A stretch of 63,959 nt of DNA, filler included, from Licmophora abbreviata (GCA_900291995.1; 15 parts of 15 records of this genome joined end to end with filler, not necessarily neighbours in it); one strand, 5' to 3'. Positions 36,364-47,928 are shown, counted from the whole stretch's first letter. The notes: generated by a model from the letters alone, not told the origin. Made by a program: numbers and translations.

Positions 36364-39300
36364 TCACTGCCCCGGTATGTACTTATAGCCCCCTTCCAGT
36401 GTATACGACTGATCTCCGACTGAAACTACAACGTCTGCTTTGCCGACACCTGCTGGTNNNNNNNNNNNNNNNNNNNNNNNNNNNNNNNNNNNNNNNNNNN
36501 NTTAATTAATTAANNNNNNNNNNNNNNNNNNNNNNNNNNNNNNNNNNNNNNNNNNNNCAACGTCTGCTTTGCCGACACCTGCTGGTAGCTTGCAGGTCAA
36601 CTTAGAGTAGCTCACAGAACCTTGCAAAGCACAATTGTTGCCACCAACGGTTACCGTCGGGGTACCAAAGGTGTCGAAGTTTTCTCCATATACGGTCAAT
36701 GGCTTGCCGCCCGCGTAGCCTCCGCGCCTGGGGAAAGTGCTCTTCACCTTCAAGTATAGCCAGCTTGCCTCCGAGGGCGAGTGATAAATGACCTTGTTCT
36801 TGAAGTTCTGCGCCACAAACAGCGTACCATCTGGGCCCTGAGTTAACGAAAGCCCGCCGTCCTCGACCAACATGGCGACGTTGTTGATGATTGATTCACC
36901 ATTTGGTGTGAGTTTTACACTCCATAGCTCTCCTTGATACCTCCCAAGGATGATGTCGCCGCGCATTTGTCCACCAAAGTGATCGGTTTGAACTCAATAA
37001 TTCCATTCATAGAGGCTTCGAGCAGTGCGATGGGTGCGCTGTACACGTCATCATCCGGCTCATCGGTTGCCCGATATCGACACTGCCGGGGGTCACCAAA
37101 CTGTCCCCGCAGACGATTAGCATGCCCGTAGTATCCATCCTCAACGATGAGATTCAACTCATCGCCAAAGTTGGGATTGAACCCGGATGAAGTGCACGTT
37201 GCGGAGGAGGGCCCGTATAGATTGTTTGGTCCATTGTCGGCCGCATACATTTTTCCGTTTGAATGCAGCATGATGTCGTAAGAGTTTCGCTGACCAGATG
37301 CAAACACCTCGACGTCGATTCCTGGTAGCGGTAGGCCGTTCTGATCGTACGTGATCTGACCATTGAAGCTAGCGCTCCCAATATTACGGGCAACAAGAGT
37401 GGCAGCGGAGAAGTAACCTTCCTTTTGTTTCCCGCTGGCCGAAAGCTCTCCTGGAACGCCGGCGTTTGTGTTTCCTCCGACCTGAATGTACATTTCGCCG
37501 TTGTCGCCAAATATCATGCCATTCACACTGTGATCATGATCTGAAATTGGTAGCCCGGTGATCACATGATTTAGAACATTGAGATTGGCACCGTGCAGTG
37601 TACTGATCTTTCCGTTGTAGNNNNNNNNNNNNNNNNNNNNNNNNNNNNNNNNNNNNNNNNNNNNTTAATTAATTAANNNNNNNNNNNNNNNNNNNNNNNN
37701 NNNNNNNNNNNNNNNNNNNNATTGGCACCGTGCAGTGTACTGATCTTTCCGTTGTAGCTTTCAAGTTCTCCATGGAACAGATAGCCATGCGAGACATACA
37801 CGCTTGGGTTAAGTTTTGTATCAAGGGGATCAAAAGTCAATCCTAAGATGGTCCGGGTAATGTTTGGTTCGGATCGGGCAATTTTATCCGATGTCACACT
37901 TTCAATTACCTGATACTGATCGTCCAACGTCAGCCTATGGACGATCCCTGCGACTGTGCCGACATAAAGTCGGCCGTCAGGCCCAAAACTAATGCAGCTG
38001 GGTCCGTACAGGTCGGGAATACCATCGTACGGCAGAACATTTCCTTTCACGAAGGAAACAGGAGGCAGTCGGAAGTTGATATACTTGTATGCCATAACAT
38101 TGCTTTGTCCGATCGGGGTGGTCACATAGATGTCCACTTCACCGGCCAGGTTTTCTGGAGCTTCGATTTCGATGGTATTGCTGTCGATGATGTTGAGATC
38201 TGAGCCGGTTAGCTCATACAAGCCAAACTTTACTTTGGTCTGGGCTGTACTTGCTGTGAACCCTGCACCCACGATCCGAACAATTTCGCCTCCGGCAACA
38301 TCGCCATTATCTGGCTCCAAGGTTGAGATATCTGGATATCCAAACGGTCGAATTGTCACTGTTGTAAAGTCCTGGGAAACACTTCCTTGTGTATCTTCCA
38401 CTTCCATCACCAGCGTGTGGACGCCTACAGGGAAGGCGATAGAAGTTAGAATGCCTGTTCCCTTCTCTTTTCCATTAAGAAGCCATCTCGAGTTCCGAAG
38501 ACTCGCCCCGGGACCATGTGTGTGAGAGAAAGATCCGTCCAGCGCGACAGTTTCAAACCCATCATTGTCAGTATCCGTCTGCATGTAAGGTCCGCCAGGG
38601 ACAGCGTGTGCGTAGTGCCCAATAAGATCAATCTCAACACCCGAGATCTTCGGTTGATCGACGATTGACTCAAATGAGATAGTTAGTGCCTCATCGGTGA
38701 CCCTCACAGACTTTACAGAACTCCATGCCTTGTAGGCTCCACCTGCCATTTTGAACGGATCGACGTTTTCAAGTTCCAGAATGTCCTCCATAAAAACATT
38801 AAACACTCTCTCGCCTTCATCATCAACTTTGAAGTAAATCTCGGCAAAATGAAGGGTAACCTCGTAGTCCCCATTTGGAACAGGAATATCCAAACGCAGG
38901 TTGCTTCCCCAGCGCTCTGACATGTATAGAAGGGGGTCGTCAGTGTTCTCGATGTTCTCGCTCGTTCTCGTTACACGTCCAGTTCCGTCATTGTAACCAT
39001 CAGCTTCCCAGGTGGTTCCTGTTTTATCGATGAACGATGGGCCGCCAACGTTGATGTGATAAGGCGAGAAACTGATGACTGGTGATGGCGTTCCGATTGG
39101 TGGGCTAGTTTGAAGTATCGGCTGAGGCACCGGCTGCGGTACAGGCTGCGGCNNNNNNNNNNNNNNNNNNNNNNNNNNNNNNNNNNNNNNNNNNNNTTAA
39201 TTAATTAANNNNNNNNNNNNNNNNNNNNNNNNNNNNNNNNNNNNNNNNNNNNCCACCCGCATTGATATAAACTGAATCACCAGCAGGTGCCGGTACAGGC

Positions 39301-39899
39301 TGCGGCACCGGCTGCGGTACTGGGGGAGACCCAGCTGGTAAAAGGATGGCGATCCCCGATATTTTTGGATTTTGCTTTCCTGGGATGCGGATGAGTTCAA
39401 CCGTGACGAACCCAGAGGTGACAGTGGCAGACCCAGTTAGCACCAATGCAGCATCATGTCCCTTCTCAGCGAAGATGTCAAGATTTTGAAAGACTTCTTG
39501 TCCTTGTACCTTCACGTTGAACTTTCGAACATCCGCCTTCTGGGCATAAATCTCAGCAAAGTGCAACTGTACTTCGTATAATCCGTTTGCAACGGGAATG
39601 GTATACTTCAGATTGACTCCATTGTCGACGTCAAAACGCTCGCTCTTATACAGATTCGGGATACTGGTGCCGGAAATTGAGTCTGTCGTGGACCATGAAG
39701 CGCCACCGTTGTTAAAATTGTAAAAGTCATCGGCAACCCACGTAGTTCCCTGACTGTCCGTGAAGGTTTCACCTCCGGCGTTGATGTAAATGACCCCCGC
39801 GCCTTGCGACTGTACAAAGACACTGCTGGGAAACGCAATGCTCCATAGGAATAGGGGGCAAAGCCATAGCGGCCCTAGTCTCGACAAGGCTCGCACCAT
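36364..39899 (-). CDS. Malectin-array gene B: signal peptide, at least 3 malectin domains with PQPV linkers, PKD-like, IPT, GSDH-like propeller, IPT; 1-nt frameshift at about 36990
   Basis: Paralogous to gene A (shares FSPYHINVGGPSFIDKTGTTWEADGYN). Adding one base restores EFQTDHFGGQMRG. Stop at 36364-36366. Confidence 0.78.
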
Positions 39900-40511
39900 G
39901 GTCGGCAGAAGAGTGTTGAGAATGATTGAGTTAGAATGATTGAGTTGTGAGTCTCTCGTCAGTCTTTTTGCTCCCAATGGTGGCAAGGCTTAGTGAAGCA
40001 TCACGCGATATTAGACATCGTCTGAATGACCGTGTGCAACTCCTAAAGTCAAGACGTCTTCGGATCACACAGTTTAAATAAAGAATGATGACTGCGACGT
40101 TTTTAGCAATGTGACGGACCCATTTCTCTCACGAGTGGCACAGATAAATCTCAACTCTCACCATTTTGGAGTACATACAAAATGCGAATGCGGGAATGAG
40201 ATGGCAATTGTTTCGGCCTAATCATCGGAGAATTCTCATTTTTCATTTTTCTGCAACACTTTGGATGAGTCAGCCTCTCTTTCGGCGCATATTCAAGGCA
40301 ACAACAGGTATTCTGACGTTTTCGTGACACGAGCTCCTCTCATCTGAAAAGGAGCTGGTCGTATTCGCTTTGCCGCCTGCACGCCACATCATAAGCGTTA
40401 TAAAGCTTACAAACAAACTCTGTATGGCTCATGGCAACCATCGTCAATACATGATGGCGTTGGGTGTTGAGCATCGGGTTTTTCATTTGACAAGAGATTG
40501 ATTCCTTGACC

Positions 40512-41240
40512 ATGCCGCCTTCTGCTTTATCCCAGCACCAGAAGGAGACTCCGATGGTCTGGCATAGGCCAGCAAGGCCTGATTTTGGCAACTATCTGAA
40601 CCTCGGTGCCGTCGCGTTTCCACCGTGGAAGAGTCGTTGTCTCAAGTCTCTCTTGGGGATGACTGTGGCGCTCTATGTACTGAACCAGAAGCATCTCTTG
40701 CCTCTTGGAATATCCTCTGCAGTCAGCAAAACTCTTTTCTGGCCAACTCTGCCGATTACTGTCTTCCGTAGACTCGGCTCTTGGACTACGGTGGTAGATG
40801 AAACTGTCGTTATGGGAGGGGCTCCGTTCGGCTTCATGAATCTCCCGGAACGTCTGTACAACGACTTTGGAGTACGGGGTATTATCAACATGTGTGACGA
40901 GTACAAAGGTCCACAGCGAAAATATCAGAAACTTGGAATACAGGAACTTCGACTGCGAACGGTAGATCACTTTGAACCGTCCTTATCTGACCTGATACGC
41001 GCCTTTCACTTCATCAGAAAGCACGAAGAAAAGGGTGACAGAGTATACGTTCACTGTCGGGCAGGGCATGGACGGTCGGCCGCTGCTGTCTTTGCTTGGT
41101 TGATGTACAAGAACCCGGGTGTAGATATGGAAGTGCTCAATGCTCAGCTCAGCACCATTCGAAACGTTCGCAGAACCCTGTGGAAACAGTCCAATCTCAA
41201 CGACTTTTACTCGTGGCTGCGTCGCATAAGAAATGTGTAG
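40512..41240 (+). CDS. PTPMT1-like dual-specificity / phosphatidylglycerophosphate phosphatase
   Basis: VYVHCRAGHGRSAA catalytic loop, LFWPTLP, GIINMCDEY and TVDHFEPS. Confidence 0.85.
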   Translation: MPPSALSQHQKETPMVWHRPARPDFGNYLNLGAVAFPPWKSRCLKSLLGMTVALYVLNQKHLLPLGISSAVSKTLFWPTLPITVFRRLGSWTTVVDETVVMGGAPFGFMNLPERLYNDFGVRGIINMCDEYKGPQRKYQKLGIQELRLRTVDHFEPSLSDLIRAFHFIRKHEEKGDRVYVHCRAGHGRSAAAVFAWLMYKNPGVDMEVLNAQLSTIRNVRRTLWKQSNLNDFYSWLRRIRNV

Positions 41241-41304
41241 CTTTCTAATACCGGCGAACGACATGAACAAGTTCAAAAAGTAAGAATGGAACTAGCAGCA
41301 GCCT

Positions 41305-44300
41305 TTACCTCCTCCTAAGTCGAGCTGTCCCTGTCCGAGGTGCAGATGCTCTCTGGGTCTCGTTTTGACTGGTCTCCTTTGGACTAGTTCCGTTTAGACT
41401 GGTTTCATTCTGTGTAATCCTCACAGCTGTATTCGCTGTCAGTGATTCAACCAGAGGCCCTCTGATATACCGGTACCCGCCGACGAGCACATCTGTCTCA
41501 ACCCCAGATATTGTTGCCATCGAAACTGTCACATCCGCTGGTCCAGTCCCAGGAGGAAGAGTGCAGGTCAGCTTTGACGCCGTGATGCTACCGGTGATGA
41601 CGCAATCGAGGCTGCCGACAGATACCGTCAGAGTTCCAAATGCGTCAAAATTCTCTCCATAAACAGACAGCGTTGTGTTCCCGAGCTCACTACCTCGCCG
41701 TGGAAAAATGCTCTTGATCTGAAGTCCTGTCCACGGCTCTTCAAGTGGCTTGTGAAAAATAACTTTCCTCTCCCAGTGCTGCGATACTACAATTGTTCCA
41801 TCTGGGCCTTGTACCAAGTTCAGACCGCCTCCAGGTATCAGGACCTCAGGAGTGGATGCGTTGGTTCCATCGTCAGTCAGGGCTATGTTGAATATTGGTC
41901 CTCCCCACTGTCCGACTAATAGGTGGCCACGAAGTGCCCCACCGAAATGATTCGATTGGAACTCGATGAGGCCATTGCTTGATGAAGGCAAGTCGGCGAT
42001 TCGAGTTGTGTAACCACCACGACTCGTCTCGTTCCTATCTTTGAATCTGCACTGACGTGAATCCGCTTTGCCTCGATTCCGATTTGCATGTCCGTAATAG
42101 CCGCCTTCGACGATTAGATTCAACTTGTCCCCGTGATCCGGATCCGGACCAGTCTTCCTGCAGTTCACAGATTCTAGACCCTGACCCTTGTTTGGGCCAT
42201 TGTCGGTTGCATACAAATTGCCGTTCGAATGAAGAACAATGTCAAAGGAATTCCGCTGCCCAGACGCAAACAGCTGAACGTCTAGCCCAGTCACGGGTTC
42301 TCGGGTTCTCTCGTCGTATGTGATCGCACCGTCGAAGCCCGGCAGCGTGACATTGCGGGCAATTAGCGTAGCGGCAGAGAGCGCCTCTTCCGGCTGTGCG
42401 TGTCCCACGATAGAGAAACCACCACCAATTCCAGCATTCGTCATTCCTCCGTTTTGAATAAATAGCTCGCCAGCGTCGCCAAACTCGAGACCATTGATGC
42501 CGTGGGAATAGTCAGATACGGGCAACCCAGTAATCACATCTGTATACGTCTTCAGCTTCCTTCCGCTGACTATACTGATCTTGCCGACATAAAAGTCCTT
42601 CTTTTGCATGTGGTATAGCCAACTGTGTGAAATGTAGACCTTAGGATATTCTGAAGTGTCCATTGGGTCAAATGCAATGCCAAGAATAGCCCTTTCCGGT
42701 ATACTCGGGTTTGGGGATTTTGGATTTCTCACATTGACGATATTCGAGGTAACATTCTCAATGACACGATATTGGTCGTCCAAAGTCAATTTGTACAGGA
42801 TACCCCCTGTCGTACCGACGTACAGTTTCCCATCTGGACCGAATGCGACACAGGTCGGCCCCTCCACGTCTGCTAGAATGTCCCCAGACGTCCAGTTGAT
42901 TGGAGAATTGAAGTATCGAAACTTCAATTCATTACTAGATTCTGTGGGTGCCTCGCCACTTCGAAACTCGACTTCGCTGCTGTTGACCGAGGCTGGCGTC
43001 TCCACCCGCACAGCTACATCGTTCAGAGGTGGATTCTTCGGCGGACTGAGGGCTTCGATCACAGTCGAATTGACAACCTTTATCTTGGAAGTTCCTGTGA
43101 GGTTCGTTGAGCCAAAATGGACGATGGTTCGGTTCTCGTCGAAAGAGAATCCGGATCCGTAGAGCATCACTTTCTCTCCGCCCACAACAGTCCCCGAAGT
43201 CGGCACCATGGATGTAATCAACGGGAAGCCGAATGGTTTGATGGTCACATTTGTCTCTCGCTCTCCATAGTAGCCGTCGCTATCGATCACCTCCAGCCTC
43301 ACGGTGTGTTCCCCAACGGGCAAGTCTAAGGTCGCAATGAGCGATGTGCCGACGTACACGGGGCCATTTGGGGCGAGGCGCGCCCATCGAGCATTGGCAA
43401 TACTAGCATTGGGCGTGAACGTGTAGGAGAATGAGCCATCAACTCGAACCATTCCAGTACCATTGTCATCCCGGTCAACACCGAAATATGGGCCACCAGG
43501 CACTGCGATGACACGTTCGCCAATTAGGTTGACCTCAATTCCAGAGAGCTTGGGAACCATTTTGATCGACGCGAACGTGATGTCAAGCTTCTGATCCTCC
43601 ACTCTTACCAAAAGAGTCTCGTTGACAGCCTTAAAAAGACCTCCTGCTTCTGAAGCGACGTCAAAATTACCAAGTTCGACTTTTCCTTCGATTGAAACGT
43701 TGAATACTCGACTGACAGTCTTCATTTCGGTGTTGATTTCAGCAAAGTAGAGCGTAACGAGGTAGTCTGCGTTTGGGACGGGAATGCTGTAAGCCATGCT
43801 AGAGCCCCACCGTTCCGTTCTATATAGCGGGGAATCCTTCACTTTTACATTCACAATCTCTTCTGGCGTAGAAAACTTTTCCCCACCCTTTACGAACGCA
43901 TCCGCTCGCCATTTCTGGCCCGTCGAGTCGGTGAACGCCTCACCACCTACGTTGATGTATAACGGCTGGAATGGGAGGAACAGCGGCGTATCGCATCTGT
44001 GACATGTTTCTGGGCACTCGTCGAAAGCATCTTGTCCCGGCTTGCAGAGCTGCTGTTGAACGTCAGGGTTCAAGGCGAGCCAACTACAAGATCTACTTCT
44101 TCGATCGTAGATGAACTTTGTGTCTGGAATATCCACGCAGACATCTGAGCAGACACCACAAGTCTCTCTACAAGCATCCGCAGCACCGGAATCCTTCTGC
44201 TTGCAGATGTTTGCAATTGCTTTGGCATTACGGGACGCCAGAAAAGCACAGCTTCGCTTCTGGCCACGGATAAGGACCGTAGCAGTCGTGTCGTCATCGC

Positions 44301-44400
44301 ACGCATATCCGAGCTGCAGTCCTTCAGTTCGTGAATCAAGGTCAGATCCCAGGAGCACGAGAAGTAACACTAATACAGAATATATGAAAGGGGACTTCAT
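41305..44400 (-). CDS. Malectin-array gene C: signal peptide, two ShK-like Cys repeats, malectin, PKD-like, IPT, GSDH-like propeller, IPT
   Basis: Single uninterrupted ORF. Two C...SC..LA...C...C.ETC..C repeats; LYFAEI malectin; GQRNSFD, DNGPN and GGYYGHAN propeller motifs. Confidence 0.85.
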   Translation of the reverse strand: MKSPFIYSVLVLLLVLLGSDLDSRTEGLQLGYACDDDTTATVLIRGQKRSCAFLASRNAKAIANICKQKDSGAADACRETCGVCSDVCVDIPDTKFIYDRRSRSCSWLALNPDVQQQLCKPGQDAFDECPETCHRCDTPLFLPFQPLYINVGGEAFTDSTGQKWRADAFVKGGEKFSTPEEIVNVKVKDSPLYRTERWGSSMAYSIPVPNADYLVTLYFAEINTEMKTVSRVFNVSIEGKVELGNFDVASEAGGLFKAVNETLLVRVEDQKLDITFASIKMVPKLSGIEVNLIGERVIAVPGGPYFGVDRDDNGTGMVRVDGSFSYTFTPNASIANARWARLAPNGPVYVGTSLIATLDLPVGEHTVRLEVIDSDGYYGERETNVTIKPFGFPLITSMVPTSGTVVGGEKVMLYGSGFSFDENRTIVHFGSTNLTGTSKIKVVNSTVIEALSPPKNPPLNDVAVRVETPASVNSSEVEFRSGEAPTESSNELKFRYFNSPINWTSGDILADVEGPTCVAFGPDGKLYVGTTGGILYKLTLDDQYRVIENVTSNIVNVRNPKSPNPSIPERAILGIAFDPMDTSEYPKVYISHSWLYHMQKKDFYVGKISIVSGRKLKTYTDVITGLPVSDYSHGINGLEFGDAGELFIQNGGMTNAGIGGGFSIVGHAQPEEALSAATLIARNVTLPGFDGAITYDERTREPVTGLDVQLFASGQRNSFDIVLHSNGNLYATDNGPNKGQGLESVNCRKTGPDPDHGDKLNLIVEGGYYGHANRNRGKADSRQCRFKDRNETSRGGYTTRIADLPSSSNGLIEFQSNHFGGALRGHLLVGQWGGPIFNIALTDDGTNASTPEVLIPGGGLNLVQGPDGTIVVSQHWERKVIFHKPLEEPWTGLQIKSIFPRRGSELGNTTLSVYGENFDAFGTLTVSVGSLDCVITGSITASKLTCTLPPGTGPADVTVSMATISGVETDVLVGGYRYIRGPLVESLTANTAVRITQNETSLNGTSPKETSQNETQRASAPRTGTARLRRR

Positions 44401-44615
44401 CTTTATGCTCGCTCGTCCCTGATTTCTCGTCGCCCTTTGTACTTGGTTGACTTGACTGACTCTGGACACCGTCCGTGATGCAAAGGCGCTGCAGACCCGT
44501 TTTTGTTGCGGTTGTTGGGTTGCGATGTTCGTGAACCAAAATGTCTTTTCCTACGTTGCGACATGTACAATCACTCTCCAACGGCTCAAAACATCAGATC
44601 AGAGCCAATTTGTAT

Positions 44616-45101
44616 GCTTTTCCCATTCTGTCGGGATCGAGCGATAGGGAAGGGAGCCCTCTCACGAAATTGTCACTGTAGACTGGGAAGGGTGACGTAG
44701 ACAAGCGAACACCAACTGCTTCTCTCGTCAACTACCTACGCAACCCCGAAGCTTGAAGTTCTTAGAGTGACCGTTTCATCGAAGAAGAGAGCCGTTCAAA
44801 TCCCGCCGAGTCATCGAATTCTAGCAACTGAAAAATGGACTCTGCTCTCTGCTCATTCTTTGACGAACGATGACGAGAAAGTGATCTAGATAGTTACCAC
44901 TTCACCAGCGGAGTTTAGGTGCGGTGCACCCGAGACAAGTATTAGCTCCGATTACCACCAGACCTACGCCTCCCATACGTCCCAGCACCTAACCTTAGAG
45001 ATGGACGAAGGAACCCGGACTAGTCAAAGCGATGGTCATCGCTTTTCCCATTCTGTCGGGATCGAGCGATAGGGAAGGGATCCCTCTCACGAAATTGTCA
45101 C
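44616..45101 (+). repeat. 61-bp direct repeat (44616-44676 and 45041-45101, 1 mismatch) flanking 364 bp
   Basis: GCTTTTCCCATTCTGTCGGGATCGAGCGATAGGGAAGGGA[G/T]CCCTCTCACGAAATTGTCAC occurs twice. Confidence 0.9.
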
Positions 45102-45445
45102 GCTATTGGTGACAGATTCGAATCATACGACTACGAGTAACAAACTGACTGACTGACTCGACTCGACTCACTCAGTCGACTTCAACTTTCTCGTACTCCT
45201 TTGCACCCTTTCTAAAACGGCTGAACTACAACTAGTAGTAGTCTCCGAAGACCTACTAGATGGTCGCCCTTCTAACAATTATCACAGCAAAGCAACATGA
45301 CTCAATCGTTAGCAACTAATGTCACCTATCAATCCCATGAAATGTGATATGCATAGCTACCAATAAATCCTTGCACAAGAAGAACGTAGTAGCTACGCAA
45401 ACCACTTGCTGTGCCTTGTGCCTTCAATTCGGGACTATCTGTTAG

Positions 45446-46190
45446 CTACCTGGCGGACCTGGAATGTAGCGATAGCCACCGAAGAGGATACCCCATTGTG
45501 GTCCCTCCTGCGTCGTCGTCCCTGAGGATCAGTGAAAGCGGGACCTCCACAGTCACGTGTAGCGTCTCGAACATTGTACCGCTTCCACTCTCCTGAGTTG
45601 GCTGCGGCGTTGGCTGAGGGGTTGTGCCGGGTTGAACGCTGTAGAGAATGGCCTCAATGGCTGAAATTTTAGGATTCTCTACCTTTGGAATGAACGCAAT
45701 GTCCAGAAAACCATCAGAAACTGTAACGATCTCGGTCACAATAATTGACGCAAAGTTGCTACTCGCTTCGGCAACCAAATCCAAATTTGATATTAGTGTT
45801 TGACCTTCAAAGGCGACATCAATGACACGCTGGCCCACCGATGAGAAGTAAATTTCAGCAAAATGCAGCTTGACCTGGTACATTCCATTTTGGTTGACAG
45901 GGATGGAATAGGCCATGTTGGTGGAATCTGCAAAGTCCCATCGCTCCGATTGATAGAGACGCGCATCATAACCTTCATTGACTACGATAGAACTGCTCAC
46001 AGTGAAGGTCGACCCCACGTTGAATACAATGGGTTCACTGTCAGATTTCCATGTTCGCAGCTGACTGTCAGTCAACGTGTCCCCCCCCGCAGTTAATGTA
46101 TATGGGACCCCGTGCCGTCTGACCGGCAACCCAGCCACAAAGGCTGGTGATGAGCAAAATAAAAGACAGAGATCGTTGCCGATTCATCAT
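45446..46190 (-). pseudogene. Malectin-array gene D: signal peptide plus a single malectin domain, frameshifted and apparently truncated
   Basis: MMNRQRSLSFILLITSLCGWVAGQ...PIYINCGG shifts frame at the 8-C run at 46081-46088. Malectin and a QPTPQPT linker follow, then unrelated sequence. Confidence 0.6.
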
Positions 46191-46737
46191 AGCTCCATTT
46201 GGCAGGCGAATGAAGCGCACGAGTTCAGCGTCTCACCGACGGCGTCTCTGGGTTATATTGATGAGAATCCTAATCGATATCTCATTCGCGACTCAACTGA
46301 TACTTTTGGAAACGTGCTATAAGACTGCGGCTGTTTACGCCAATATCGGCTTAATAAATATCAATATTTTAGCATACATCTTGTTTATATATTATTTTAA
46401 AATCTTATCTCGCAAGACGAAAATATTGGTGTATGATATCACAGAAATGAAAGACCCTCTACTTATGACCTTCTAAAATATGAAACTGACTCGACTCACT
46501 CGACTGAGATTCGACGTATGACGAGCAGACCACCCCCGTCTTCTCATATTCAATATCGTCTTCTGTGGTTCTTGCGCCATGGATGTGCGGACCCGGGGCT
46601 GCGCGGAACTGTGATGGTCGTGCATGATTGCAATGAAAATGTTGTATGAGTCGCTAGTATGCACCCATTCTGAAGCTGAAGACGTTCTTTCGCCCGTTTA
46701 AGCTTATTTCACTTGCGCAATTATCGCGGTCGTCACC

Positions 46738-47928
46738 ATGGTGGGGGTAACATGGGGAGCAAACCAGGTTCATACGTTTGGGCAAGGAACGAGTTCCGCG
46801 ACGTCGACGGCGGCACCACCCTCGGCGCCTCTTTTTGGAGCCTCCTCGGCCCCTGGCACAGGAAGCCTTTTTGGATCCAGCGCTCCAGCACCTGCTCCGT
46901 CCGGTAACATGTTTGGGGCCCCGGCTCCCAGCACTAGTCTGTTTGGAAGCACAGCGCCCACAACTCCATCCCCAGGTCTGTTCGGATCATCACCTGCTCC
47001 TACTTCCAGCTTGTTTGGGGCACCTGCCCCATCACCCGGCCTGTTTGGATCAACGCCTGCCCCATCTTCTGGAGGCTTGTTTGGAGGACCCCCTGCCGCC
47101 GCTACGCTTTCGGCTCCTGCCGTACCTGCACAGGTCGCATTCCAGACTTACTTGGACGAGACAAACCGACAAGAGGCTGTAAAACTGCAGGGTTCCGCCG
47201 AACAGCTCTACAATGGTTACCGTGGCTCTAAGTTTGTGACCATTGTTTACAACGAAATGACTCCGGAGCAACGCCAATGGCAATGGACGATGGCGAACAG
47301 CGGCTTTCGCCACCCGATGCCTCCCACGCCACCTACCGTATCGGAACGGGAATGGATCGACAAGTGCGTCAAGAATCCGGATCCAGATTCTTACATGCCC
47401 GCAGCCATTGCGGGCGCTGAAGCGCTGCAGACACGCCTCGCCTCACAGCAAGACCGAGCACAAGACCTCGAGAACAAACTAGGAACCCTCCAAGAAGCTC
47501 AAGCCTCGCTGCAATCGATGCACGAAAGCTTTCAGTCAGCCTTGACGTCGCTTGCCGCGACTCATGCTCGCCTCCGGCAACGTCTGCTGGATGTCATGCG
47601 CAAGGTGGAACTCGTTCGATGCCGCAATCTTCCGCTCCAGGCCAACGAGGCAAAACTTGCGCAGCAGCTTCACATGCTGTCGACCCAAGTCGCGCAACTG
47701 GCCCAGATGCTGACTCAGCTACAGCAACAAGCACAGTCGACACCAGCTCGCATCGCTGCTCCTATAGTGGCCTTGCCCGATAAGGCGCAGCTTCATCGCG
47801 TCCTGACGGAGCAACGCGAAGCGCTCACCAAGTTGAGCGACGCTGTGCAGCAGGATGCCAGCGATCTCAGTCTCCTCCAGCAAGCAGTGGTACACGGGAA
47901 TGTGCCGCTTCCTCCTATGCAATTGTAA
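46738..47928 (+). CDS. NUP54: FG nucleoporin Nup54-like
   Basis: Many LFG repeats, then NPDPDSYMP..IAGAEAL..R and coiled coils. Confidence 0.8.
   Translation: MVGVTWGANQVHTFGQGTSSATSTAAPPSAPLFGASSAPGTGSLFGSSAPAPAPSGNMFGAPAPSTSLFGSTAPTTPSPGLFGSSPAPTSSLFGAPAPSPGLFGSTPAPSSGGLFGGPPAAATLSAPAVPAQVAFQTYLDETNRQEAVKLQGSAEQLYNGYRGSKFVTIVYNEMTPEQRQWQWTMANSGFRHPMPPTPPTVSEREWIDKCVKNPDPDSYMPAAIAGAEALQTRLASQQDRAQDLENKLGTLQEAQASLQSMHESFQSALTSLAATHARLRQRLLDVMRKVELVRCRNLPLQANEAKLAQQLHMLSTQVAQLAQMLTQLQQQAQSTPARIAAPIVALPDKAQLHRVLTEQREALTKLSDAVQQDASDLSLLQQAVVHGNVPLPPMQL

Noticed and set aside
36430..37760. Short direct repeats flanking gaps (36430-36457/36559-36586 and about 37583-37620/37721-37757; also 52365-52406/52507-52549 and 53724-53733/53834-53843)
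   Set aside because: These are unmerged contig overlaps or allelic ends, not biological duplications.
44760..44815. tRNA gene suggested by GTTCAAATCC
   Set aside because: No A-box or cloverleaf could be built.
27283..46190. Bacterial contamination as the source of the malectin/PhoX/GSDH region
   Set aside because: Gene E has a spliceosomal intron and shares a contig with NIT1 and Dicer. Genes C and D share a contig with PTPMT1, Nup54 and OSCA.
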